DNA of 25,394 nucleotides from a virus (Duplodnaviria; Caudoviricetes): IMG/VR virus record IMGVR_UViG_3300025889_000867, positions 1 to 25,394 of that record; one strand, 5' to 3'. Shown piece by piece: positions 1 to 8,934 of this stretch (position 1 is its first letter; each line of letters starts with the position of its first letter). The notes under the pieces were generated by a model. It saw only the letters and a program-made list of their open reading frames with translations, ran no database searches and was not told where the DNA came from. The position numbers and the translations under genes were made by a program.

Positions 1-91
1 GTAGCCAGCCCCAATGTTGAATCCCTGGATTCGCCGTCGACAGCATGTAAGCTGAGATCATAGCTAAAAGAAAACCGGTCCATCGTACCAT
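1..91 (-). CDS. Small membrane protein, partial (runs off the left edge); not in ORF track
   Basis: Manual translation from ATG at 91: MVRWTGFLLAMISAYMLSTANPGIQHWGWL...; hydrophobic helix; GGGAG shortly upstream of the ATG. Confidence 0.6.
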   Translation of the reverse strand, partial: MVRWTGFLLAMISAYMLSTANPGIQHWGWL

Positions 92-112
92 GGTCGTTGT
101 CTCCCATGTTAA

Positions 113-319
113 TTACCCTATAATAAAATGCTTAACTAATATGATTAATTCTGCAAAGATCATGAGACCTACTGTCCACATAATCTTTTTAATTCCTGCT
201 ACGTCTTTTTCTATGTGTGCTAAATGATTATTTTTAATATGAGCAAGATCTTGATTTATGACCTTTATATCGCCTTTAACCTCTGTAACCTCGACTTTTA
301 GATCATAAACTTCTTTCAT
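113..319 (-). CDS. Coiled-coil protein with C-terminal transmembrane helix (XhlA/holin-like), 68 aa
   Basis: Heptad-like N-terminus followed by IMWTVGLMIFAELIILV; lies after the tail genes where lysis genes often sit. Confidence 0.5.
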   Translation of the reverse strand: MKEVYDLKVEVTEVKGDIKVINQDLAHIKNNHLAHIEKDVAGIKKIMWTVGLMIFAELIILVKHFIIG

Positions 320-320
320 A

Positions 321-611
321 TCAATCCTCTATAGGTGGTGTATAACCAGTTAATGCAGTTGCCTCAGCTTGAGTTAATCCTAAGTCTAATAGCTTTTGAT
401 TGCCATTAGCTTTGTCTGTAGCTTTTTGAGTTTCTTCATTTGCTATTGCAGTTTCAGCTTCAGATAATCTAGCTTCAATATCTGCTTTAGCAATAGGTGT
501 TGTGCCTTCTTCCCAAACAATATCATCTATATTATCTCCACTTAAACCAAACTGTGCATTAGCATTTATTAGTTTAACAGCTTTTATTATTTTTTTGTGT
601 TGTGTTGTCAT
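321..611 (-). CDS. Putative tail fibre assembly/chaperone-like protein, 96 aa
   Basis: Directly follows fibre gene 611-1414 (TAATG overlap); C-terminal KANGNQKLLDLGLTQAEA resembles the ends of 1421-1717 and 2525-2779. Confidence 0.55.
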   Translation of the reverse strand: MTTQHKKIIKAVKLINANAQFGLSGDNIDDIVWEEGTTPIAKADIEARLSEAETAIANEETQKATDKANGNQKLLDLGLTQAEATALTGYTPPIED

Positions 612-1414
612 TATACTGTAACCTCCATTAATAATATTCTTCCTGTTGAACTGTCATCATTCAAAATTACATTTGTTGCTGCATAACCACCAACTCCTAC
701 TTCGTATGTAATAGCACTTGTAGTATTGGGAGATAAAAGTATAAATTCATTTAATCTAGGTCTAAAATTTGAAGAAACTGTTGTAGCAAAATATAAACCA
801 CTAGAATAAATTTTTATAGTACCACTACTACTACTTGGGTGATATGTTGTTGTAGAACCACCAGATATAATTTCTTTTAAAGCTAAAGAAACACCCATAT
901 CACCACCAGTACTATCTACTTTTGTAGTAGATATATAATTAACAAGTATTCTTGAACTTGTTGATGATGGTGTAATTGTTGCGCTTATTTTATTTGAACT
1001 TGGAAAATAATATGTACTATCATTTGGACTACTTTGACTAAAAATAGTTGATGATGTGCCTTGTATTACTTGTTTAATTCCACCTGCTGAACCCCAAATA
1101 GGATTAGCACCAGTACCTTGTGTAATTAATGCTTGACCTGCTGTACCTGCACCAAGTCTTTGTAATCCCGATCCATCTCTATAAAGCAGATCTCCCTGGG
1201 TAGTTAATGTTGTACTAACATCTGTACCATCAGTACCTTTGGCAGCAAGTTTAGTCCAGTAAGTAGTATCAGTTGGTAGGTTACCAGTTGATGCAAGAAT
1301 ACAAATATAAGTTTCGTTAGAGTAAGTTACTATATCATCTACTACATAAGCAGTACCACCTGCATATGCTCCTCTGAATACTGGTTTAACTCTTCCTAAA
1401 TTAATTGTTGCCAT
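611..1414 (-). CDS. Tail fibre/adhesin-like protein with N-terminal CBM5/12-like module, 267 aa
   Basis: GAY..GTAYVVDDIVTY...TYICI.ASTGN.P...TYW module; QGDLLY..G....RL.AG..GQ.L linker; Ser/Thr-rich beta-type C-terminal domain ending ILLMEV. Confidence 0.7.
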   Translation of the reverse strand: MATINLGRVKPVFRGAYAGGTAYVVDDIVTYSNETYICILASTGNLPTDTTYWTKLAAKGTDGTDVSTTLTTQGDLLYRDGSGLQRLGAGTAGQALITQGTGANPIWGSAGGIKQVIQGTSSTIFSQSSPNDSTYYFPSSNKISATITPSSTSSRILVNYISTTKVDSTGGDMGVSLALKEIISGGSTTTYHPSSSSGTIKIYSSGLYFATTVSSNFRPRLNEFILLSPNTTSAITYEVGVGGYAATNVILNDDSSTGRILLMEVTV

Positions 1415-1420
1415 AATATA

Positions 1421-1717
1421 TTACAGTACGATTGTATCTGCCTCCTCTTCAGTTAAAGGTTCACCAGCAATTAGTTTTGCTTTAGCACTAGCTTTAGCAT
1501 CTATTCTAATTCTGTCAGCATCTTTTAACTCTTGTACTTTAGCATTAACTTCAGCTTCAGTTGGCATTGTTGCACCATCTTTAACTATTTTAATGTTTGC
1601 ATAAGTCATTCGTTGGTCATTTGGTATTACATTTCCATTGTCATCTTCTTTTTTCCAATGATACCAATTTCCACCATTAAAAGTTTGTAATGCTAATTGA
1701 AAATAATCTTTATTCAT
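1421..1717 (-). CDS. Putative tail fibre assembly/chaperone-like protein, 98 aa
   Basis: Follows fibre gene 1719-2525; MPTEAEVNAKVQEL and KASAKAKLIAGEPLTEEEA motifs shared with neighbouring paralogues. Confidence 0.55.
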   Translation of the reverse strand: MNKDYFQLALQTFNGGNWYHWKKEDDNGNVIPNDQRMTYANIKIVKDGATMPTEAEVNAKVQELKDADRIRIDAKASAKAKLIAGEPLTEEEADTIVL

Positions 1718-1718
1718 T

Positions 1719-2525
1719 TTATGTATCTCCTAATCTTACAAATGTTATTTCACTTTCATTTTGTGTTGAATTTCCAACCATAACTGGTGTATTATTTTGT
1801 GTACTTGCATTTTTCACTCTAATTAAGTGAGTTGATGTATTGGTTACATCAAACATAAAACTTACGCTAACAGTTACATAAGCAGAATTTATGTGTCCAC
1901 TATCCCAAGAGATTGATGCATCATTCCAAGTTGAACCACTATTTGTAGATGCTTGAATAGAAACACCTAGATACTCACTACTACCACCAGTTATATACAT
2001 ACAGGCTCTCATATATATCCACCAAATTCCTGTTTCTGGAAAATTAAACCATTCATTACTATTAGTAAGTGTCATATCACTACCAATGTAACCTGGACTA
2101 TTTGTATCAGTTTTTTCCCAAGAATTAACTACAGTACCTGCACCAGTTGTAGAAGTAGTTGGTCGCCATTGTTGAGCATTTGTTATTCCTGCTGGTGCAT
2201 CTGTCCATGAAACATTTGCTCCAGTACCACCAGATTGCAATAATTGACCACTCGTTCCAGGAGCTAGTCGTGCAATAGCTGAACCATTGTTATAATAGAT
2301 GTCGCCTTGTACTGTTCCAGAGATATTAAATAAATCTGCATCAACACCTTTCTGTGACATCAATTCCCAGTAGGTAGCATTAGGTGGAGTGTTACCAGTA
2401 GATGCTGCTATACATACATAAGAGTTACCACCACTCTCTACTACATCATCTACGACATAAGCAGTTGCACCATTGTATGCACCTTGCCATTTGAATTTTA
2501 TTCTACCTAAATCTATTGTTGCCAT
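1719..2525 (-). CDS. Tail fibre/adhesin-like protein with N-terminal CBM5/12-like module, 268 aa
   Basis: First ~110 aa clearly paralogous to 611-1414 (MATIDLGRIK vs MATINLGRVK; AYVVDD; ASTGN); different C-terminal domain with F.FP.TG.W.I pattern. Confidence 0.7.
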   Translation of the reverse strand: MATIDLGRIKFKWQGAYNGATAYVVDDVVESGGNSYVCIAASTGNTPPNATYWELMSQKGVDADLFNISGTVQGDIYYNNGSAIARLAPGTSGQLLQSGGTGANVSWTDAPAGITNAQQWRPTTSTTGAGTVVNSWEKTDTNSPGYIGSDMTLTNSNEWFNFPETGIWWIYMRACMYITGGSSEYLGVSIQASTNSGSTWNDASISWDSGHINSAYVTVSVSFMFDVTNTSTHLIRVKNASTQNNTPVMVGNSTQNESEITFVRLGDT

Positions 2526-2779
2526 TATAATCCTACCATAACATTAGCCTCATCTTCGGTTAATGCCTCTCCATTCATAAGTTTTTGTTTTACACTAGCT
2601 TTTAAAGTTTCTTTATCAACAATGTTATCCATTTCAGTTTGAATTTCAGACCAAGTTGGTGCTGTACCAGAAAACATATCTGCTTTCATAGCATTGTATT
2701 CAGTTTCATTACTTGGTGGATTACCAGTATAACCTTTAAAGTTTTCTTTTTTATTAACTATTTTATCAAATTTAGCCAT
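2525..2779 (-). CDS. Putative tail fibre assembly/chaperone-like protein, 84 aa
   Basis: Follows 2779-3504 (TAATG overlap); APTWSEIQ and KASVKQKLMNGEALTEDEA motifs. Confidence 0.55.
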   Translation of the reverse strand: MAKFDKIVNKKENFKGYTGNPPSNETEYNAMKADMFSGTAPTWSEIQTEMDNIVDKETLKASVKQKLMNGEALTEDEANVMVGL

Positions 2780-3504
2780 TATATTAATACCTCCATAAGT
2801 TGGATAGATGTTCCTGTTTGATGTGCTCTGCCATCATCAGTAGTATTAGCATTTATTATATCAGCCGGTCTTTCAGCAGCACCATCTCTACTTCTCCAAC
2901 CTATTTTAAAAGTATGAGAGCCAGTACCAAGATTTGTTGCATCTTGAAATGTTTTATTAACATGAATCATTCCTGGAGCATTAGTATCATAACCATAAGA
3001 TTGACCTATACCTCTAAAAGCAGAACTGTCATTTGTTCCAGAATTATCCATTCCAGTTGTTGTACAAACAAAATATAAACCAGAATGATAAGAATTATAC
3101 AGTTCACCTGGTATCAATCCTATTGCAATTATTTTTGATGTAGTAGCATCTTTTACTTTAGAAATTGTTATATCATTAAATATGGTTCCATTTGTTAAAC
3201 TAGATAATACTATTCTTGTATTGTTTTCATAAGTTGTAATTTTTACTATTCCACCAGATACATCTGCAAATTCTAAAGCAGTACCACCAGAGTTTGTTCT
3301 TAATACTTGGTTTGCACTTCCTAATGAAGTTAATCCAGTACCACCTTTTGAAACTGGTATAGTAGGTAATCTTGCATCTGATAAAGTACCAGAAGTAATT
3401 GTACTAGCAGCCATCCCATCTGTTACTACTAGACTTTGGCCAGTAGGAATTGTGATCGTACTTCCAGATTGTGCCTCTATTTCATTAACTTTTATTTTTG
3501 ACAT
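2779..3504 (-). CDS. Tail fibre/adhesin-like protein, 241 aa
   Basis: MSKIKVNEIEAQSGSTITIP start, ITSGTLSDARL and PVSKGGTG fibre-shaft motifs; C-terminal domain similar to that of 611-1414 (ends IQLMEV). Confidence 0.65.
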   Translation of the reverse strand: MSKIKVNEIEAQSGSTITIPTGQSLVVTDGMAASTITSGTLSDARLPTIPVSKGGTGLTSLGSANQVLRTNSGGTALEFADVSGGIVKITTYENNTRIVLSSLTNGTIFNDITISKVKDATTSKIIAIGLIPGELYNSYHSGLYFVCTTTGMDNSGTNDSSAFRGIGQSYGYDTNAPGMIHVNKTFQDATNLGTGSHTFKIGWRSRDGAAERPADIINANTTDDGRAHQTGTSIQLMEVLI

Positions 3505-3541
3505 AATGTTATCCTATCAAATTTTACTAGTGTTGTATACC

Positions 3542-4096
3542 CTAAATCGTTACTATTAAATTTCCGCTACTATTAACACTAAAAGAAAACCCTGAAGAGG
3601 CATATATAAACTCATCAAAAGCTTCATATGTAGCATTACTAATGTTATCCGATCCTTGGTTCGTTGTAGTAACAATCAACTTACCATCGGAATCTTTATT
3701 AAAACCATAGACCTCGGGGGTCGAGGCTTGACCTAACTCCCACGCGGTTCCAGCGTCATTAACCTTAAATACATAGCCAGGTGATATACCAGTCGTAGAT
3801 AGCTGAGCTGTGCCCACGGTTCCTTGGCTAGGAGTTGCTATATTTAAAGTATCTCCTAGCTTTAATATCTTGATTGTTTCAGAAGCTCCTGGTGCTCCAG
3901 AAAATGTAAGTGTAGTACCAGATACAGTAAAAGATTCTCCCCAATGTTGTAATACACCAGAAAGTATAACTAATAATACTCTTTCAGAAGGTACTGATTC
4001 GGACATAGTGAAATTAACTCTTGATCCATCAAAAGCTTCACTTAATGTTATAAGTTTATATTCTCCAGTTTGTAAGGCTCTTCCAATGTACGGCAT
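3542..4096 (-). CDS. Tail-associated structural protein, 184 aa
   Basis: MPYIG start, LV.LSGVLQ...F.VSGTTLTFS.AP beta module typical of marine phage tail proteins; C-terminus paralogous to 4311-4625. Confidence 0.6.
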   Translation of the reverse strand: MPYIGRALQTGEYKLITLSEAFDGSRVNFTMSESVPSERVLLVILSGVLQHWGESFTVSGTTLTFSGAPGASETIKILKLGDTLNIATPSQGTVGTAQLSTTGISPGYVFKVNDAGTAWELGQASTPEVYGFNKDSDGKLIVTTTNQGSDNISNATYEAFDEFIYASSGFSFSVNSSGNLIVTI

Positions 4097-4311
4097 TATA
4101 TTATGTTTAAAGTACCTCCACTAATTGTCCAAGTAATTCCACTAGCTACTGTAATAGGACCTTTTAAAAAATAGTTTTTGTTTGCTGCAATAGTAATTGT
4201 AGCATTTGCAGTTACTTGATCATAGTTTTTATAAGCATTATCAGTTGATGCAACTTCACCACCTAATACTAAATCTTCTGCTGCTTGAGCTGTAATTCTA
4301 GTTAATGCCAT
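4096..4311 (-). CDS. Small tail-associated protein, 71 aa
   Basis: TITIAANKN...GPITVASG.T.TI beta-rich motif; TAATG-coupled on both sides. Confidence 0.55.
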   Translation of the reverse strand: MALTRITAQAAEDLVLGGEVASTDNAYKNYDQVTANATITIAANKNYFLKGPITVASGITWTISGGTLNII

Positions 4312-4625
4312 TATATATCTACCTCTAATTCTCCATTATTATTTATGCTAAATGTTAAACCTTTCTTAGCAAAAAAACTTTCATCAAATGCATCTTGTCT
4401 TGCAGCAGTCTCTACTGATACAGCATCTGTACCATTACCATAAGTTAATATTAAATCTTCAGCTTGATTGCCAGATCCATTAGTTTTTTTAAAACCATAA
4501 AAGTCAATTTTACCTAATTGATCTTGAGCAGAAACCGATAGATCTGATACTTCAATAACACCAGCATCAATACTATCTGAGCTAGTAATTACTCCTGTAA
4601 ATACCTGTTGACCAATATAACCCAT
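4311..4625 (-). CDS. Small tail-associated protein, 104 aa
   Basis: MGYIG start; FYGF...FDE..FA..G..FS.N..G.L.V.I shared with 3542-4096; AGGAG RBS upstream. Confidence 0.55.
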   Translation of the reverse strand: MGYIGQQVFTGVITSSDSIDAGVIEVSDLSVSAQDQLGKIDFYGFKKTNGSGNQAEDLILTYGNGTDAVSVETAARQDAFDESFFAKKGLTFSINNNGELEVDI

Positions 4626-4633
4626 ATTATCTC

Positions 4634-4966
4634 CTATACACTAATTGCATCTATGTAACTAACTATAGCTTTTAGTGATGACGCTGTATCACTTTTAGCT
4701 TTAATTTTATCACCGGACTTCAATATGATCTTAGCACCACCATCAATTAGCTCTAAAGAAGAACCAGCTGGTATTGGTGCATTGGCAATCAATTCAGTGT
4801 CATTACCACCATTTTCAATTGCACAATGAACATTGATCGAGGTTCCAGTAACATTAACCAATCTTACACCTACCACAGTGTCATACGTATCTGCTTGCGC
4901 TAAGATATCAGTATAACTTGTGCCTATTGCAGTTGAAGTTAGTTGATTTCTAAAGTTTTGTGCCAT
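4634..4966 (-). CDS. Small beta-rich virion protein following the tail fibre, 110 aa
   Basis: AAGGAGG RBS; APIPAGSSLELI.G..KIIL..GD.IKA.SD motif recalled from proteins that follow the main fibre in marine podophages. Confidence 0.6.
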   Translation of the reverse strand: MAQNFRNQLTSTAIGTSYTDILAQADTYDTVVGVRLVNVTGTSINVHCAIENGGNDTELIANAPIPAGSSLELIDGGAKIILKSGDKIKAKSDTASSLKAIVSYIDAISV

Positions 4967-4975
4967 GCTACCTCC

Positions 4976-6310
4976 TTATAAAGCTACCGACATTGCTATA
5001 GCAAAACCTTTTGTTGCAAATGATGTTGTATCAGCTGCTACGATTTGCCATGATGTTCCGTTATAAACTTTCATTAAATTAATACTTGTATCAAAAAATA
5101 AATCTCCAGAAGTTAAAGCATCACCGTCATTATCAACTGTAGGTTCTGTTGCGTATGCACCTAGATAAGTATCTTCAAAATTATCAGCTGCTAATTCTGC
5201 TGCTGCTTGTGCAGCTTGAGCTGCTAGTTTTGCAGTGTTTGCATCATTTTTATGATTTTCTGCTGTAGTAGCGCTTGATGCCGCATTAGATGCAGATGTA
5301 CTTGCGTCTTGTGCATATTTCTTTGCAGAATATTCAGATGCATCGACTGTGCCTGATGTATATATTGCCCAATCTTTTGCTGATCCAGTTGTTCCTCTTG
5401 TCTGTGTTCCTACTGCATATTCTTTAGCAGAATATTCAGATGCATTAACTTTTGATGAAGTATTGGTTGCCCATTCTTTAGCAGCACCATCTCCACTAGT
5501 AACTCCTGTACCGCCAATTGCCCAAGCTTTAGAAGCATAATCTGTACTAGCAACTAAACCTGTTGTCTTAGTAGCCCATTCTTCAGAAAGTACTGCACTT
5601 GCAGCTGCTGCCGTAGCTGATGACGAAGCTGAAGCTGCATCTACAATTAAATCCCATTTTGCTGAATCTGTATTTGTAGAAATAGGTTGTGCTCCTGAAG
5701 AAGTGTGTGCAGTATTACATATATAGATATTATTATTTGATGTATCTTTAATTAAATCTCTTTCAATATAAACAGTTGATGCCGCCCAGTTTCCTCTATA
5801 TGTACCAATCTCTTGTGTTGCTACAAGATCTCCTGTGCTGTCAAAGCTTAATATCTTTGTAGCTCTTTCAGTTGGAATAGCAGTAATTTGTATACTACCA
5901 GAATTTGATTGTGATAACTTAAATGATCTATTTAATTGTTCTTGCTGCTGCTGTAATGCTAATACAATCTTATCAACTGTGTCTTCGTGTGCTTGTGCAG
6001 GAAATGCATCACCTTCAATATAATCTTGTGCTTGTTCTAAAGGAGCAACCCTTGTTAAAAATAATTTATGTGTAGATGGTAAAGCATTATTAACTGTTAC
6101 ATCCCAAGATTCTGTAACTGAGTCATATGCTATAGTATAATCATATGTACCAGCTCCTCCAGAAGTTTGTAGTGTCTCAACTCCTGTCGTAATAATAACA
6201 GTATATACTTTTAAATCCGTTGCGGCATATAATTTGTAAGGAAAATTAAATACAGTGGTACTGCCATTACCAGTGTAACTGATATAACTGTTTTGTGCCG
6301 ATACCGTCAT
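4976..6310 (-). CDS. Tail fibre protein with T7 gp17-like N-terminal attachment domain, 444 aa
   Basis: YTGNGSTTVFNFPY...DLKVY...DY...L.R..P..Q..DY..G..F.A..HE...DK N-terminus; internal CBM-like module; Ala/Ser coiled coil; 34-aa repeats. Confidence 0.85.
   Translation of the reverse strand: MTVSAQNSYISYTGNGSTTVFNFPYKLYAATDLKVYTVIITTGVETLQTSGGAGTYDYTIAYDSVTESWDVTVNNALPSTHKLFLTRVAPLEQAQDYIEGDAFPAQAHEDTVDKIVLALQQQQEQLNRSFKLSQSNSGSIQITAIPTERATKILSFDSTGDLVATQEIGTYRGNWAASTVYIERDLIKDTSNNNIYICNTAHTSSGAQPISTNTDSAKWDLIVDAASASSSATAAAASAVLSEEWATKTTGLVASTDYASKAWAIGGTGVTSGDGAAKEWATNTSSKVNASEYSAKEYAVGTQTRGTTGSAKDWAIYTSGTVDASEYSAKKYAQDASTSASNAASSATTAENHKNDANTAKLAAQAAQAAAELAADNFEDTYLGAYATEPTVDNDGDALTSGDLFFDTSINLMKVYNGTSWQIVAADTTSFATKGFAIAMSVAL
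5310..5590 (-). repeat. Three imperfect ~34-aa repeats inside the tail fibre
   Basis: LSEEWATKTTGLVASTDYASKAWAIG / AAKEWATNTSSKVNASEYSAKEYAVG / SAKDWAIYTSGTVDASEYSAKKYAQ; exact 19-nt match gcagaatattcagatgcat at 5325-5343 and 5427-5445 (102-nt period). Confidence 0.85.
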
Positions 6311-8934
6311 TTACTTGCCTCTTTAATCATTTTTCCTACTATCCCAGGAATATTTGGGTCTCCACCTCTCTTTATAACACGACTAGGGGAAATATAAAAC
6401 CTTTGATCGTGGTCTTTTTTAAGTCTTCTTTCCATCCGTTTTAAATATCCAGGGTTTTGCCATTCCTTGATATTATATAATACAAGATAATCCATTGCCA
6501 TTCTTAAATAGAATAAATTAATAAATGGAGTATTTCCTTGTATTAAATTTGCCATCTTAGCAAATGGGTCCTCTCCTGTTCTAATAGCTTGTATTATATC
6601 AATTAATGAATCAAATTGTCCGATAGTAGGACCTACTAATGTACCTAAAGCAGAACCACCATATCTATTAAATTGTCCAAATAAGAAGTCTCCATATAAA
6701 CCAAGGCCTCCACCTTGTGCCATTGAAGCACTTATAATCTTAATATTATGAGCCATATCATCTGTAAATTTACGTGGTTCTTTTCCTTTTGCAATATCTT
6801 TTAAGTACAACGATAAGTAACCTAATAATGATGTTGATACAATAAAATGAGCTAAGCCAGTTAATGAACCTTTACCTTGAACAAGCCCTTCTTTAAATGA
6901 ATTAGCACCATAACCATATATCTCTCTACCAATAGATTTATGTAATACTGTGATAGGAAATGATTTAAACTGAAATAATAATCTAGAAGCTATACCTAAT
7001 GGAGTGCCATCTTGAGTTCCCATATTCATAATAGCTCTTTCAGCAGCCCCTGGCATAGGTACTGCAAAGTCAGCTCTATCTGTAAAATAAGCACCAAGGG
7101 CAGATACTAATCTATCTTTAGTTCTTGCAACTTTACTTGGACTATGCATTTTAATATTAGGTTCTTTTATTTTAAGATAATTTAAAAATATGTCATCTGA
7201 TAATGATTCAAGCATATCAGTCACAATATAACTATTTCCATCATCTGCTTTATAAATAGCTTGTCTAATTACATTATTCCACTCTTCTGCACCAAGATCA
7301 AACATATTTAATATTCTTTGTGTTTCAGGAGTTAATTGACTAAATTCTTTTCCAGCTTGATCACCAAGATTTTTAGCCATCATAACAGCTGCGCCAACTC
7401 TATGACCATCTGTCCAAGGTGATAATAAATTTAATTTAAAATAAGCTTGTTGTGCTTTTGAAAACATTCCAGGAGTTAGATCATTAGCACTAAATCTAGA
7501 TAGTGTATTACCAATAATACCATCCATACCAACAGCTAACATTTGAGCTATTTTTCTTCTATCAGATTTTTTTGCACCTCTTCCTTTTAATAAATTTTCA
7601 AATGCTATAGCATATCCTTTAAATCTATTTACTCCTTGATATTTTAATTCAGCTACTTGGTTAGGTATATCAGTTAATGATGATATAACAGCCATACCTA
7701 GTTTAGCCATATTTTGTATATTTCTTATAGTTGCAGATATATTTGCAGCTGTTACATTACCAGGTATTCTTGTAGTACCATCAACTTCTTTGAATATCCA
7801 CCATAATAAATTAGATTCACTATTAGCATATTTACTAAACTCTTCAATTGCTTTAATATCCCCTTCTTTTTTAGCTTTTCTAAGTTCCATATCTATGATT
7901 TTTTTCAACATAGCTTTTGGATTAGGTCCCAAAGTTTCTAATAATGCTCTATTTCTGCCTGCATGTTCTAAACCTAATACAACAGTTTCTCTAAGATTTT
8001 TTGAACCAAATGCTCTATTATAATTCATAAAAGCATCTGCATCTTTAAAATGAATAAGTCTATGTGCTTCTGATAATCTTTTACCTAAATTACTAGGACC
8101 AGTAAAACCAGCTACAATATCATCAGCGTAATTTGCACCTTCATGTTTTAAATGAACACCTGTAATTAAACCATTATAAATATCTCTCCAAAATCTGTTT
8201 ATTTTATCATCATCAACGCCATATAAAGTTCTTTCCATATCTACAGTTTCTTGAATCTTAGCATACCAAGTATCAAAGCCAGCTCTTCTCATTGTGACCG
8301 GATTGTGAGTTTGTCGCATAATATAATCAGGTATTTTTCTAATCCAAGCACCATGTCTATTTTGTGCATCAATAGCATCATCTTGTAATTCTGCTATAAC
8401 TCTAGCAATTTTTTCTGCAGCTGGATTTTTTGATATACCAGATTTACCACCTGGTCTTATCTCATATAACTCTCTAGCAATATCATCATCTATCTTACCA
8501 GATACAAATTCTTCAAATATGTCTTCTTCTTCCATCTTTTTAATCATAGAAGTAATATATTTAGTTGAATGATATTTACCAATAGCATCTACTGATTTTC
8601 TGCCACCTCTAAATAATTTTAAAGTACCACCAAGAAATGCTCTAAGACCTAATGCTCTATCTTTAAAATTACCAAGATAGCTCATAATTCTTTCTCTTGC
8701 TTGTATATTTAATATTTCTTGTCTACGTTGTATAGCAAGTCTTACTTCTTCTTTTGTAGATTCATCAGTTAAAAATTGTTTAATCTTATTTTCAAGATCT
8801 TGCTCTTTTGTAATTTTTTTCTCTTTACTAATCTTTTTACCTAATTCATCAAGTAATTTATTTTTTTCATCAAGAGTTAAAGCATCACCTATAGCTTCAT
8901 TTACAATACCTATACAATCTCTAATATTAGCCAT
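6307..8934 (-). CDS. Internal virion (ejection) protein, T7 gp16-position, 875 aa
   Basis: Large helical protein immediately before the tail fibre; LG.AVISSLTD, LFQFKSFP and GGGLGLYGDFL motifs recalled from BPP-1-type internal proteins. Confidence 0.75.
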   Translation of the reverse strand: MANIRDCIGIVNEAIGDALTLDEKNKLLDELGKKISKEKKITKEQDLENKIKQFLTDESTKEEVRLAIQRRQEILNIQARERIMSYLGNFKDRALGLRAFLGGTLKLFRGGRKSVDAIGKYHSTKYITSMIKKMEEEDIFEEFVSGKIDDDIARELYEIRPGGKSGISKNPAAEKIARVIAELQDDAIDAQNRHGAWIRKIPDYIMRQTHNPVTMRRAGFDTWYAKIQETVDMERTLYGVDDDKINRFWRDIYNGLITGVHLKHEGANYADDIVAGFTGPSNLGKRLSEAHRLIHFKDADAFMNYNRAFGSKNLRETVVLGLEHAGRNRALLETLGPNPKAMLKKIIDMELRKAKKEGDIKAIEEFSKYANSESNLLWWIFKEVDGTTRIPGNVTAANISATIRNIQNMAKLGMAVISSLTDIPNQVAELKYQGVNRFKGYAIAFENLLKGRGAKKSDRRKIAQMLAVGMDGIIGNTLSRFSANDLTPGMFSKAQQAYFKLNLLSPWTDGHRVGAAVMMAKNLGDQAGKEFSQLTPETQRILNMFDLGAEEWNNVIRQAIYKADDGNSYIVTDMLESLSDDIFLNYLKIKEPNIKMHSPSKVARTKDRLVSALGAYFTDRADFAVPMPGAAERAIMNMGTQDGTPLGIASRLLFQFKSFPITVLHKSIGREIYGYGANSFKEGLVQGKGSLTGLAHFIVSTSLLGYLSLYLKDIAKGKEPRKFTDDMAHNIKIISASMAQGGGLGLYGDFLFGQFNRYGGSALGTLVGPTIGQFDSLIDIIQAIRTGEDPFAKMANLIQGNTPFINLFYLRMAMDYLVLYNIKEWQNPGYLKRMERRLKKDHDQRFYISPSRVIKRGGDPNIPGIVGKMIKEASK

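Noticed and set aside
3505-3541. Third copy of the late promoter motif in the short intergenic gap
   Set aside because: Only TATAC and TAA align; the GTTATATAG core is missing.
321-6310. Diversity-generating retroelement acting on tail genes (BPP-1-like gene order)
   Set aside because: No reverse transcriptase in the window and no near-identical TR/VR pair differing at adenines was seen; paralogy is at N-termini and is diverged.
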